Source of the DNA: Eledone cirrhosa
Lineage: Eukaryota
Length of the DNA: 64,000 bases
Reading direction: 5' to 3'
Assembly (NCBI GenBank): GCA_964016885.1
Contig: OZ024745.1
Coordinates: 110,980,001-111,044,000 of the forward strand
How positions within the stretch are numbered: position 1 is the first letter of the stretch; the number at the start of each line of letters is the position of its first letter. The notes under the pieces are model-generated. The model was not told where the DNA came from. It did no database searches and saw only the letters and a program-made list of their open reading frames with translations. Of the stretch, positions 37,609 through 50,873 are shown piece by piece. The translations under genes were made by a program, and so were the position numbers.

Positions 37609-37966
37609 GAAAGGAGACGGAAGAAATAAAGGAAGTATAGGTCAAACAAGTGTAAACATATAGTTTATTGAAATAGATACAAGTTGGCGTCAAAATATAT
37701 ATAAATATAGTATCAGCAGAAAATGCACCCAGTTACAACACAAAGGGACAAATGCATTATTACCTCATCAGCCACCTTTCTGGCAGTGCAGTTTCATGCA
37801 TTAGGGTGGTACTGAACTTGTAATGCCAGTTTGTGCAACAGATCAGAGTCCGTTCTGTTGGTGTGATGCATGTGAAACAATAACAAAACAAAAAAATAGA
37901 CAGGACCGTAAATTTTCACCATCTATTCTTTGTTTTGTTATCATCTCACATGCATCACATCAACAG
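37115..37966. repeat. Diverged direct duplication (37115-37318 vs 37705-37905) with a short inverted copy at about 37925-37966
   Basis: Shared ATATAGTATCAGCAGAAAATGCAC, TTACCTCATCAGC, AGTTTGTGCAACAGATCAGA, ATAACAAAACAAA..AGACAGGA. Confidence 0.85.
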
Positions 37967-38491
37967 AGTAGTAGGGGCACTGTATGTCAGTTACTTCAGT
38001 ACCCCTACAACTCCATCAGGAATTACGGGTCCATACATACAAAAGACAAACAAGAGGAGTACTCAGCTTAGATTAAAGAAGAAAAAAAAACAACAACACA
38101 ATAAAATGAAATGAATTATCAATATATTATCAATTAGATATGAATTTTAGATCTCTTAAGATAACTTTTATATATTGTAAAGACAACAGAATTGGTTTAT
38201 TGGAGAGAAAAAATGGCAATTTCTGTTTATTTGTAGAGATAACAAAATATTTTATAATTTTTGTATTTTCTTTTTTTTTTGGCTAATATTTTCAAAATAT
38301 TTCTTTTTAATTTGTGTGTTTTAGCAATTTCGAGCCATTTTACAGAATTTAGGCATTCTACAATGAATAATTACATCCGTATATACATCTATTAGTTTTC
38401 AGTTATCTTTTTCTTGTTAGTTTTGCTGCATGATGTTAAACACAGTACATTAGAGATTTGTTCTATCAATTTTCAATTGCTGCTTTTTTTT

Positions 38492-38541
<50 letters not shown>

Positions 38542-39161
38542 ATGTGAATGATGATAATAATGGTGGTGATAATGATGGCAATAATGGAGCTAGCTGAGGA
38601 TAATGACAATGGTGTGAGTGGTGAGAGTGGTAATGATGACAGCATTGATAATGAAGATGGTAATGATGATGGTACTGCCCAAAGCTTATAATATTCTTTG
38701 CTAACTCACCCATGAGATCAATTCTCAGCTCTCACATAAAGAAACAGCCTTGTAGATATTTTTGACAACTAAAACAATTGGAGCAGTAAAAAAAAATCTA
38801 AATGAAGACAAGTATTTATGCTATTATTCTTTTGTTCATATTATTTATATATTTATTGTCAGATTAATACCAGTTTTGAGAATTACTTTGTCTTAAGGCA
38901 AGTGTCTAGAGAAAAAAAAACATTTTATTCCAGCTTGCTTTATTTCATATAAGATTATTTGACATATTACTGACAGTGTTATTATAACATACATATACAA
39001 GCTCTCACTCTTGCACACACACAAACACACACACACACATGCACACACACACTTATCCAACGTTAATAAGTACAATATCTGAGATTAACAAGCAACATTC
39101 TTATTACTCTTACTGTTGTGTTACTGTTTCAAATCACAAGACTTCTGTTATATGGACTCAC

Positions 39162-39220
<59 letters not shown>

Positions 39221-39284
39221 TATACATATATATATATACATATATATACATATATATCATATATATATATATCATTTGTATATG

Positions 39285-40000
39285 TCATCCTCATCATTTT
39301 ATGTCTGTTGTTCCATGCTTGCATGGATTGGAGGGGTCTTTTCCAGCAAAACATCTCTTCATTCATCACATTCATTCAGCATCTCTATAACTTTCAGCAA
39401 TTTAGGATCAGCTTACATCACCTCTGCCCAGGCCTTCTTTGGTCTCCTTCTATCATGGTTTTGCTCCACTGGGATCACTTCATCACCCAGCAATCATCAT
39501 CCATCAGCATCACATGTCCAAGCCTGTGCAGTCTTCTCTCTTGCATACAACACATGATTCCTTTTTCATGTGATTGGAAAAGGTTTAAATCACTGAGGCT
39601 CTCCCCATTGATTACCCCTGTGCATCTAGTACCTACAAAGACATCCTTTTATGTTAGTCTGCCTGCTATCCTACTAAACCTCTTGTGTATCCAAGATTTA
39701 TATTGTGTACATCATATAGAATTTATGCCTACTCCTTTGCTACATATCAAACAAGTTCACTTCCCTGATAAAATCAGGACCCCGTCTTCCTTCCTTCTCA
39801 TTAACACTTTGGTTTTTGCTAAGTTTGATTCTGTTTCCACTGCTGGAATCTATTCTCTAGTTCTTCCACACTGATTCATAAGAACAAGATCCTCAACATG
39901 CAGAAGTTCAAATGGACAGCTAATTTTAAATTCCTCTGTTATGGCTTAGAGGACTACAATAGAGAAAAAGAGAGAAATGGACTGAGGATTGAACCTTGAT
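39285..40000 (-). pseudogene. Old RTE family A-related relic with decayed PHD insert
   Basis: Minus strand QGSI.S, EEFKISCPFELL, SGK*TCLICSKGVGINSI*CTQYKSWIHKR, GHV. Confidence 0.75.
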
Positions 40001-40094
40001 GTTATATATATATAGAGAGAGAGAGAAGTAGAACTGTTTCATTCATGAGAAATCATCAGGAAGCCCGATGCTCTAACCACTTATAAATATATAT

Positions 40095-40980
<886 letters not shown>

Positions 40981-41003
40981 TAGGTGATATGTTATATATA
41001 TAT

Positions 41004-41780
41004 AAATATTCACTTCTGCGTTTACAGATTGACTTTGTTAATTTCAGAAGATCCCGTTAAAGGTGAAAGCAGCGATATATATATATATATATATACACAT
41101 AACCAAAAGCATATGCACCAGAATATATAAAATATACGCCATAACATATACAATCAAATATACGTACGAGAAAGTATACGTACCTTCACAAAACATATAG
41201 GTAATATATACTTACCTATGCAAATAAGTAATGGTATAAACATAACATATACTTAGCTACCACCTCAAAACGTAAAATATCCGCATATAGATCGTACGTG
41301 GTTTTGTCTTTGCGTGCAATTGTTCTCAAAGGCACCACATATGACGTATTATCTTCGTTTTTTCCGTTCATTGCCAGAGAACGTCTCTATGAACCACCTA
41401 AGAGAATATTAGTCCACGACTTCTTTTATACCATAAACGTGGTTCTGTCTTTGCGTGTAATTGTTTTTCACCGCTCCAAATAATGACGTATTATATTCGT
41501 TTTTTCCCTTTCTTTGCCAGGGAACGTTTCCACGAACCAAAGTATCGTCTTCCTGTCTTCCTCCGGTTGCAACGTTTTTTGAAATATCCACTTCTGCGTT
41601 CACAGATTGACTTTGTTAATTTCAGAAGATCCCGTTAAGGGTGAAAGCAGCGATTCTTTGCTTAAACTTTAATCTGTTATTTTAATAAATATTTGCTCTA
41701 TGGTTCTTATATATTTGATATATATTTATCCTTATCGAGCCCTCTTTGGATTTTAGTCTTCAAATTTATTATTATTACTA
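41004..41780 (+). mobile_element. Non-coding element with 73-bp direct repeat and hammerhead motif
   Basis: 41004-41076 repeated at 41582-41654; internal tandem at about 41297-41397/41438-41539; AATAAA after the ribozyme. Confidence 0.65.
41602..41677 (+). ncRNA. Type I hammerhead ribozyme, U4A core variant
   Basis: TTT-CAGAAGA-tCCC-gttaa-GGGt-GAA-AGCAG-cgattct-TTGCT-T/AAA; distal stem I ACAGATTGA/TTAATCTGT; predicted cut after 41663. Confidence 0.72.
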
Positions 41781-41824
41781 TATATATATATATAATTAAT
41801 ATATATATATATATATATATATAT

Positions 41825-42145
41825 CTAAGGCGGGTAAAATTCCCAAGATCCATGGACGAGTTCTCTCCAGCGGTCTCTGTCCCTCATTATCGCTGCCATG
41901 TCCTGCGTCTCCAACAGACCAGTGTCTGTCCTTAGGGCATCAACATACGTTAACCTTGGTCTTCCTCTTCTAGTGTGTCCATGTAGGGGCTCCCAAAGGA
42001 GCACTGAGTGTAATGTCAACTCTGGATGTCGGTGAGCATGTCCAGCTAACCTCAGTCTCCTCTGTGTCACTTTTGAGCTGACTTTTGGGATGCTCCCATA
42101 CAGCTCTGAGTTTTTCATCCTCAGTGTATACTGATTAATGTTCAT
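41825..42145 (-). mobile_element. RTE-like family B 3' fragment
   Basis: RRLRLAGHAHRHPE..GRPRLTYVD..DRDRWR..FYPP*; matches 23828-24135. Confidence 0.92.
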
Positions 42146-42196
42146 TAATGTATATATATAGGGAGGGAGAGAGAGAGAGAGAAAGAGAGAGAGAGG

Positions 42197-42545
42197 TGAA
42201 GGTGCATGGGTTAGTGGTTAGAGCATCGGGTTTACAATCATGAAGTTGTGAGTTCGATTCCTGGACTAGGCTATGTGTTGTGTTCTTGAGCAAGACAATT
42301 TATTTCATGTTGCTCCAGTTTACGTAGCTGTAGAACTAAGTTGTGATGTCACTGGTTCCAAGTTGTATCAGTAGTTGCCTTTCTCTTGGACCTTGGACAA
42401 CATTGGTGGCATGGAGAGGGGAGACTGGTATGCATGGGTGACTGCTGATCTTCCACAAACAACCTTCCCAGACTTGTGCCTCAGAGGGCAACTTTCTAGG
42501 TGCAAATCACATGATCACTTTTGACTGAAATGGGGGGGGTCTTTA
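42197..42545 (+). mobile_element. tRNA/CORE-like SINE with a third tail type
   Basis: TTAGTGGTTAGAGCATCGG, GAGTTCGATTCC, TTCTTGAGCAAGACAATTT; tail recurs at about 58715-58860. Confidence 0.8.
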
Positions 42546-42570
42546 CACACACACATACACACACATACCT

Positions 42571-42621
<51 letters not shown>

Positions 42622-42765
42622 AATGTATATCTAAAAAATAAAGATGGTGTGGTAAGATACCAGGTGGACCATAACGCACCAGAGTACTCAATACTTAGGG
42701 TAGTAGAGTGGGGTCATGACTCTTTTCCCATATATGTATATATATATACATATATATATACACAT

Positions 42766-42829
<64 letters not shown>

Positions 42830-42842
42830 GTATGTATTTATT

Positions 42843-44200
42843 TACGTGAAGCACGGAGCGTATGTGCATAAACACTCACGCACCGTACTGTATTATGGCA
42901 GTATTGTGTTAGCTCAATGCACAAGGACAGAGCCGTTATATGCAAAAGAAACCAAAGAATGCTTACATACTCAAACAGTCTTTATTTACTTACAGGGTTT
43001 CATCCACACCTTTCGGCAGGAATCTTCAGAGCCTAATAAATACAGTGTTGAGTATACGCTCCACAAAAAGCTAGTCGCACGAACAATCAGAATAAAGATG
43101 GGGAGATTGGAGATGGCGAACAAAGAGGTGCATGCTGGGGTTGTCAAGCATCTCTGCTAAATGCCAGGACATAAGTGGATTCAACAAGATGAAGATATAA
43201 TAGATGGCACACAAAAGCAAAGAATGTAAAAGCAAAAAATGTAAAAGCATAAAAAAATACATAAAAAAATACAGACAAAGGTTAAAACATAATATAAATT
43301 ATAATAAAGTAATAAAAAATATAAAAATAATGAAGATAATAAAATAAAATAAAATAAAATAAAATAAAGTAAAATAATTAAAAAAATTAATAAAATATAA
43401 TGAAAAATAATAAAATAAAAATAATAAAATAATAAAAGATAAGATAATATAATAATATAATAAAATTAAAAATTAAAAAGTATTAAAAAGATTTAAAAAA
43501 TTAAAAAATTAAAAAATTAAGAAATTAAAAAAGTACATAAATTTTTTTTTTAAATGTTTCATTAAAAAAATAAAAATAAAAAATAAAAAATAATAAATAA
43601 TAAATAATAAATAATAAATAATAAATAATAAAAAACTTTTCCTAAGAGAAATTCTTAAAAAAAAAAGAAGAAATAAATGCAGAAAGAAGAAAAAAGTTAC
43701 AAGTTATAAGCACATAGAGAAGCCTAAATAGTATAAACGCAGGTACCTAGTAACACGAGTGAGTAGGATCTCGGTAACTTATATATAAGCGTTAAGAGGT
43801 CTTTTTGGTACATCCCGGAAGACCACAGTAATCCGAATCACCACCATGATACACAAGGTGCCCGAACTAGGTAGCCAATAGGTGCTCACAAACATATAGG
43901 AAGGTATCACAAAAGCACAAGCCTTACACAAGCACAATATGGTTATTATATAGTAGGACTGAGTAAAACAAGTAAATAGACAGTCCCGGCATAAAAACAT
44001 AAAAACAAGCTATGCACAAGCAGATCGGGGTTATTGTACAATAGAGCGGAAGCAAGCTTATTATATTAGTTGCTGTAAAATAACCGGCAAAGTTATTACT
44101 CATGCATATTAGCAACATAGGCTAGACCAAGTGGTTAGATATTGCCCATATATCCACGGGTTAAACAGAAGTGGTAGGATATTAATTAAACGTAACAATC
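42843..44200 (-). mobile_element. Probable Penelope-like long 3' non-coding end with hammerhead and an AT-only tract
   Basis: Ribozyme, AATAAA, about 140 nt, then microsatellite on the minus strand; A-rich low complexity at about 43230-43700; distal boundary uncertain. Confidence 0.5.
42966..43056 (-). ncRNA. Type I hammerhead ribozyme, intact core
   Basis: GCT-CTGAAGA-tTCC-TGCC-gaaa-GGTG-t-GGAt-GAAAC-cct-GTA/AGT; stem I extends TTTATT/AATAAA and TATACTCAA/TTGAGTATG; predicted cut between 42991 and 42990. Confidence 0.82.
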
Positions 44201-44204
44201 ACAT

Positions 44205-44544
44205 GAAGGCACATGGCTTAGTGGTTAGAGCATTGGCCTTGCAATCGAAAGGTTGTGAGTTCAATTCTCAGACCGGGTGATGTGTTGTTTCCTTGAGCAA
44301 GACACTTTATTTCACATTGCTCCAGTTTACTCAGCTGTAGAAATGAGATGATAGGGACTGAGGTCCCTATCATTCCACTGCAAAGTGGTCGTGGAGGTGC
44401 CACGGCAAAAAAAGCACCCAGCACTCACTGTAAATGAGGTTGGTGTTAGGAAGGGCATCCAGCTGTAGAAATCAAGCCAGAATCAGTTCCCATCCCACCC
44501 TTGCAAGCAGGGAAAAGCGGATGTAAAATGATGATGATGAAATG
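44205..44544 (+). mobile_element. Full-length chimeric SINE S2 with 8-bp TSD
   Basis: A-box TGGCTTAGTGGT, B-box GAGTTCAATTC, CORE-like CCTTGAGCAAGACACTT..CTCAGCTGTAGAAATGAG, RTE 3' UTR tail, (GAT)n; AATCACAT at 44197-44204 and 44545-44552. Confidence 0.92.
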
Positions 44545-44694
44545 AATCACATCCACACCCATGAAATTACATGCTGGATTAATACAACAAATAACCACTC
44601 TATGTAAAAAATCACAGGCCGTATATTAAAAATTGTTCAAGAATCAGTGTATGTATATGTATGTATGTATATGTATATACATACATATACATAC

Positions 44695-45290
44695 ACCAGT
44701 TGGTGCTACTGGTAACATGTATCCCAGTACAACCTGTCTCATGGTCGGGTCGTTGGCGACTAAACTGGCAACCCCACCAAGGTTTCTTGGTGAGGAGGGT
44801 GAGTTTGGACATCCTGCAGGACTAAAAACAAAACCTGTCAACGGGCAAAGGAGCTCTTAAGAGTCAATGGCCATCCAAAATCACCGGGAGAGATGACCCC
44901 TTAGCCTTTGTCAAGGCAGAATTCTAGAAGGAAAACTCTGATATAGCACCTGCAACTCTGATGGTATCCAATGATGTTGACTTGTTCTTCTTTTTGGTAA
45001 ATATCATCTTGGTTAAGAGAGTGGGACTGGCTTTGTGCAGTGCCTTTTCTCACTATAAAAGCTTCATGGCACAGGCATTGCTTTGTATCTGGAGATCTCT
45101 CTGCACTTGTCATCACATGGTACCATGGGCCCAGCACTATGTGTCAATAATTGTCACAAGTGTAGTGTTTGTACCAGAGTTTTCAAGTCGCTGGCTGGAC
45201 TAAAAAGTCACACTTGTTCAGCGCATCGGTAGGGGTTCTCCTACATGGATATAAAGTAGTGGCCATACTCGAAAACGAGTTGGCAGCCAC
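44695..45290 (+). mobile_element. Interspersed repeat, probable RTE-type LINE 5' UTR relic
   Basis: Colinear with 5756-6320; starts with a GGCGACTAA-containing structured segment. Confidence 0.5.
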
Positions 45291-45470
45291 CATATGTATA
45301 TACACATATGGAAACATATTTCTTTAGTTCATTTAGCAATTGGCTCCTTTTTCTTGTAGAAGTAAAATGGCTAAGGGGGATATTATTTTGGCTTGCAGGA
45401 ATATCTACTGCAGATATTTCATAGCGTTTTGGGGCATTATACTTAATTCTCTGTGAATTAATTCACCTAG

Positions 45471-45594
45471 CTTTTGGAAATATGTAATAGATCTTATTGG
45501 GACATCACCGGATGTAAATTTGTCTCCTATCCAGAAAGAATATCATCTATTTATCCACTTTCTGCCAAGAAACAGATACTTAGTACTAACCCAT
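45471..45594 (+). CDS. Candidate host-gene exon (124 nt, phase 0-1)
   Basis: CACCTAG acceptor, open frame LLEICNRSYWDITGCKF...LSTNP, donor CAT/GTATGT. Confidence 0.3.
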
Positions 45595-47571
45595 GTATGT
45601 TAGGATACATATACATATACATATACATATACAAAATATTAACCCTTTGGTGGTAATCCATCAATTCACTGGGATTATGATATTATTAAGTACATATATT
45701 ATTAGCTAAAGTATGAGATCTATTAATAAACATTTTGAATTAGAATTGATAGAATTCAGCTTCAAATTCACATTATTTCAATAAACATTTTAAGCTGATT
45801 GTCTGATTACCCTCTGCATTTAATCTCTGTTGTCACTTAAAAACAGCTGAAAAGGTTTATACACTGCATTTACAGCACAGTTATTTGATAAAGAAAAATT
45901 GAAAAATTTCGGAAATAGCTGTTATATTAAATAGGTAATTCTGTGGCAGCTGATAATTACGGTAATGAACATCTACTTTAAAATTCTTTGGAATTTTTTC
46001 ATTTAGAATTCTAATTTTCTCTATTTTTATGCTACTCAGAATACAGAAAGCAATCCATTAGAAGAAATTTACACAGCAATCCAAACTCCAAACAATATAA
46101 GCTCGACTGAAGCTGGGATATTTTTCACTACAGAGTTTATTGTCATATATATTTTATGTGGCAAGAAATCCTTCATACTAATTATCTTATGTTGTAACGG
46201 ATCAGGTGACTTTATTTTTGGCATGGCTTAAGATCCTATTTCGTATTTATATAATCGCGCTTATAATTTTTTAAAATATCTCTTCATGGGAATAGATTTT
46301 AATTGGGCACCTTTCCATGAAATAGTTTTCAGGAATTTTACATCTTTAAGAAAATCTTGTTATGAGTTTTCGAGTTATAAATAAATATAAAGATAAGTTA
46401 AGATATCCACTTCCCCATCATCATCATCATTTTACATCCATTTTTTTCATGGTGGTTAGTTACAAATTAAAACAGTATTGTCGCCCTAGATGGGTCAAAA
46501 AACCATATCTCACTCAGTACATTCAGGTTTTGGCAGGATTTCTATAGTTGGGTGTCCTTCATAATATCAATCACTTTACAGGGTTTACTGAATGTATTTT
46601 ATCATGACACCAGCACTAGAGAAGTCAATGAAGTAACCTTACTAAAGTAACCTTTTTACCCTGAGGTTAAAACAGAATCTACACAGGGTTTTATTTCAAC
46701 TTTTTAGCCATTTAGACATGCTACATTAATATATCAATCAATTAAGTTCCTGCAACTAGTGCAGCCAGTCGTTGGGATGTCACTGTAGACGTTTGACCAT
46801 GTGTTAACCTTTAGCATGCTAGAACCTTTTATGAACTGCTTCGCTTGACACTGCATTGTGTATTAAGGGGAGACAACTCTATTGGTGCCTTATGTCACCT
46901 AGAGCATGTTAAAGCTTAATCATAGCTTTTCAGTGGGCCTTTGAAATGCTTGGCAGTGCTCCTCTCCTCTCCAAATATCCAGTCTCTCACTAAGAAACAG
47001 TTTCTAGGGTTTAGCTAAAAAATGTCCTGGAGTCAAAAGTGAGAGTCAGGTGAGAACCATTGTACCTGTCCATCCCTAAGGGTACCATTATCAGACATCA
47101 AGGTATTCTTTCTATCCAAACACCCTGGTTTTGAAATAATGTTTCTTTAAATCCTGGATTATGGTACATATAAGCACACACTCATGCAAACATGTATACA
47201 AACATATACATACACACTCTGAAACAAGCAAGCACATACATAGACTCACACAAATTGACACATGTACATGCTTATTTATTGCTGTTGTTTAGAAAATGCA
47301 GAAAATCTCAAATGCAGGAAATAACTGGACACAGTTGATTGCTATAAATAATGACTTAGAAAATCAGGTAAAATACCCCTATAGACAGAAAAAAGTGGAT
47401 AGCAGCTGCTATGAAACATTGAACTTCGTACCTCTCAAATTACAGCTGAGGATTCTATACCATTGAGCTAAATGTTTAAAATATTTTAGTATTTGAAATT
47501 TCACATTGTGTATTTAGTTCCATTTTTCTCTCTTCTGAGCATAAATCTTGCATATTACCTCTTACCTTTGG

Positions 47572-48327
47572 GAATCAATAGAATAATTAACAGTCATATA
47601 ATGGAATCACTCTAATTGACAATAGAATAATTAGCAGTCATATAATGGAATCACTCTAATTGACAATAGAATAATTAGCAGTCATATAATGGAGTCAATG
47701 TAATTGACAATGGAATAATTAAGAGTCATATAATGGAGTCAATGTAATTGACAATGGAATAATTAAGAGTCATATAATGGTGTCAATGTAATTGACAATG
47801 GAATAATTAAGAGTCATATAATGGAGTCAATGTAATTGACAATGGAATAATTAAGAGTCATATAATGGTGTCAATGTAATTGACAATGGAATAATTAAGA
47901 GTCATATAATGGAGTCAATGTAATTGACAATGGAATAATTAAGAGTCATATAATGGTGTCAATGTAATTGACAATGGAATAATTAGCAGTCATATAATGG
48001 AGTCAATGTAATTGACAATGGAATAATTAGCAGTCATATAATGGAGTCAATGTAATTGACAATGGAATAATTAGCAGTCATATAATGGAGTCAATGTAAT
48101 TGACAATGGAATAATTAGCAGTCATATAATGGAGTCAATGTAATTGACAATGGAATAATTAGCAGTCATATAATGGAGTCAATGTAATAGACAATGGAAT
48201 AATTAAGAGTCATATAATGGTGTCAATGTAATTGACAGTGGAATAATTAGCAGTCATATAATGGAGTCAATGTAATTGACAATGGAATAATTAGCAGTCA
48301 TATAATTGACAATGGAATAATTATCAG
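47572..48327. repeat. 44-bp minisatellite, about 17 copies
   Basis: GAATAATTA(AG/GC)AGTCATATAATGG(A/T)GTCAATGTAATTGACAATG; contiguous units. Confidence 0.95.
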
Positions 48328-48729
48328 CCCTTCAAACAATAAAAAATATTCTCTTCAAACAACCATCAATATTTCCTTAGAACACCCAAGATGCTCTCTT
48401 CAAACAATCAAGGATATTTTCTTCAAATAACCAGAAATATTATCTTCAACCAACCAGTGATACTAACTGCAAGCCAGCAGATTCAAGAGATAAAAACTGT
48501 ACAATATACAAGGCAATAAGGAAACAAAAAAAAAGAAAAAACAAAAAAAGAAAGGGGAGGAAGCGATGGATTCTATAGCCTATTCTGAGTGGTGTTTCAA
48601 TTGTGTCCCACAGACAAAATGGCAAAGGTATTGCTGCAAAATATGCCAGCGACACCCACTGCAACAGCTAGCCTATCTCACAGGGCGCATTCCTCAGATG
48701 GACTGCTGTCTTTCTGATTTTACAGAGGA

Positions 48730-50340
48730 AATCAGTAGTGCAGAGACCAAGGTCATATGAGGTCTTGTTGGTGACCAGTACAGAAAGGAAGCAGTCAGCA
48801 GAGGTTAGCAGTATGGGGACCAAGGACACCTGAGGTCTTGATGTCCACCAGTACAAAAAAAGGAAGCAGTCAGTAGTATGGGGACCAAGGACACCTGAGG
48901 TCTTGATAGGGACCAGTATAGAAAGGAAGCAGTCAGTAGTGTGGGGACCAAGGACACATGAGGTCTTGATAGTGACCAGTATAGAAAGGAAGCAGTCAGT
49001 AGTGTGGGGACCAAGGACACCTGAGGTCTTGATAGGGACCAGTATAGAAAGGAAGCAGTTAGTAGTGTGGGGACCAAGGACACCTGAGGTCTTGATAGGG
49101 ACCAGTATAGAAAGGAAGCAGTCAGTAATGTGGGGACCAAGGACACATGAGGTCTTGATAGTGACCAGTATAGAAAGGAAGCAGTCAGTAGTGTGGGGAC
49201 CAAGGACACATGAGGTCTTGATAGTGACCAGTATAGAAAGGAAGCAGTCAGTAGTGTGGGGACCAAGGACACCTGAGGTCTTGATAGGGACCAGTACAGA
49301 AAGGAAGCAGTCAGTAATGTGGGGACCAAGGACACCTGAGGTCTTGATAGTGACCAGTATAGAAAGGAAGCAGTCAGTAATGTGGGGACCAAGGACACCT
49401 GAGGTCTTGATAGGGACCAGTACAGAAAGGAAGCAGTCAGTAATGTGGGGACCAAGGACACCTGAGGTCTTGATAGTGACCAGTATGGAAAGGAAGCAGT
49501 CAGTAATGTGGGGACCAAGGACACATGAGGTCTTGATAGTGACCAGTATAGAAAGGAAGCAGTCAGTAGTGTGGGGACCAAGGACACCTGAGGTCTTGAT
49601 AGGGACCAGTATAGAAAGGAAGCAGTCAGTAATGTGGGGACCAAGGACACCTGAGGTCTTGATAGTGACCAGTATAGAAAGGAAGCAGTCAGTAATGTTG
49701 GGACCAAGGACACCTGAGGTCTTGATAGGGACCAGTATAGAAAGGAAGCAGTCAGTAGTGTGGGGACCAAGGACACATGAGGTCTTGATAGTGACCAGTA
49801 TAGAAAGGAAGCAGTCAGTAGTGTGGGGACCAAGGACACCTGAGGTCTTGATAGGGACCAGTACAGAAAGGAAGCAGTCAGTAGTGTGGGGACCAAGGAC
49901 ACATGAGGTCTTGATAGGGACCAGTATAGAAAGGAAGCAGTCAGTAGTGTGGGGACCAAGGACACCTGAGGTCTTGATAGGGACCAGTATAGAAAGGAAG
50001 CAGTCAGTAGTGTGGGGACCAAGGACACCTGAGGTCTTGATAGGGACCAGTATAGAAAGGAAGCAGTCAGTAGTGTGGGGACCAAGGACACCTGAGGTCT
50101 TGATAGTGTCCAGTACAGAAAGGAAGCAGTCAGCAGAGGTCAGCAGTGTAGGGACCAAGGACACATGAGGTCTTGACAGTGACCAGTACAGAAAGGAAGC
50201 AGTTAGTAGTGTGGGGACCAAGGACACATGAGGTCTTGATGATGACCAGTATACAAAGGAATCGGTCAACAAAAGTCAATAGTGTGTGGACGAAGGACAC
50301 CTGAGGTCTCAATAGCGACTGGTATGAAAACGAAGCAGTA
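48730..50340. repeat. 63-bp minisatellite, about 25 copies
   Basis: GGGACCAAGGACAC(C/A)TGAGGTCTTGATAG(G/T)GACCAGTA(T/C)AGAAAGGAAGCAGTCAGTA(G/A)TGTG; 21-aa periodicity in three ORFs. Confidence 0.97.
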
Positions 50341-50576
50341 GGCAACTATTGCTATAACATTTCAGTAAATATTGTTTTTTAATAAGCAATAATTATTTTT
50401 ATAGCTACTGTAGTTAAATCAACCATAATTACTATATGACATTTATTATTACCATTCTAGTAAACATATCCATCATTGACTATTGTAGATAGGCAACACT
50501 ATGACTATGACAGTGAAAAGGCAGTTTCTATTATTGCCATTACTTCTAGTACAACCACTATTCTGAAAGAAAAAAG

Positions 50577-50658
<82 letters not shown>

Positions 50659-50873
50659 TTACTACTTCTAATAATAATAATAATAATTGTTTCTACGTTA
50701 GGCACAAGGCCAGCACAATTACCTATTGTATTACTGGTACTTTATTTTATAATTTATTAATTATTCTAGAAATCATTGTTGTAATCTATATTCCTACTTT
50801 ATGAGAGTTTATACTTTATTATTATTTATATTTTATTTCATTTATTATAATTTTTTCATTTGTTATATTTCAG

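Noticed and set aside
44208-44275. tRNA genes
   Set aside because: A/B boxes run directly into SINE bodies and no complete cloverleaf is evident.
46040-46205. Another AG..GT-bounded open frame (NTESNPLEE..CCNGS)
   Set aside because: Phase 0 start does not follow the 45471 candidate; such frames arise by chance. Worth a look only with RNA-seq.
47572-50340. Regular arrays as CRISPR
   Set aside because: Units are contiguous with no unique spacers, no cas genes are present, and the context is eukaryotic.
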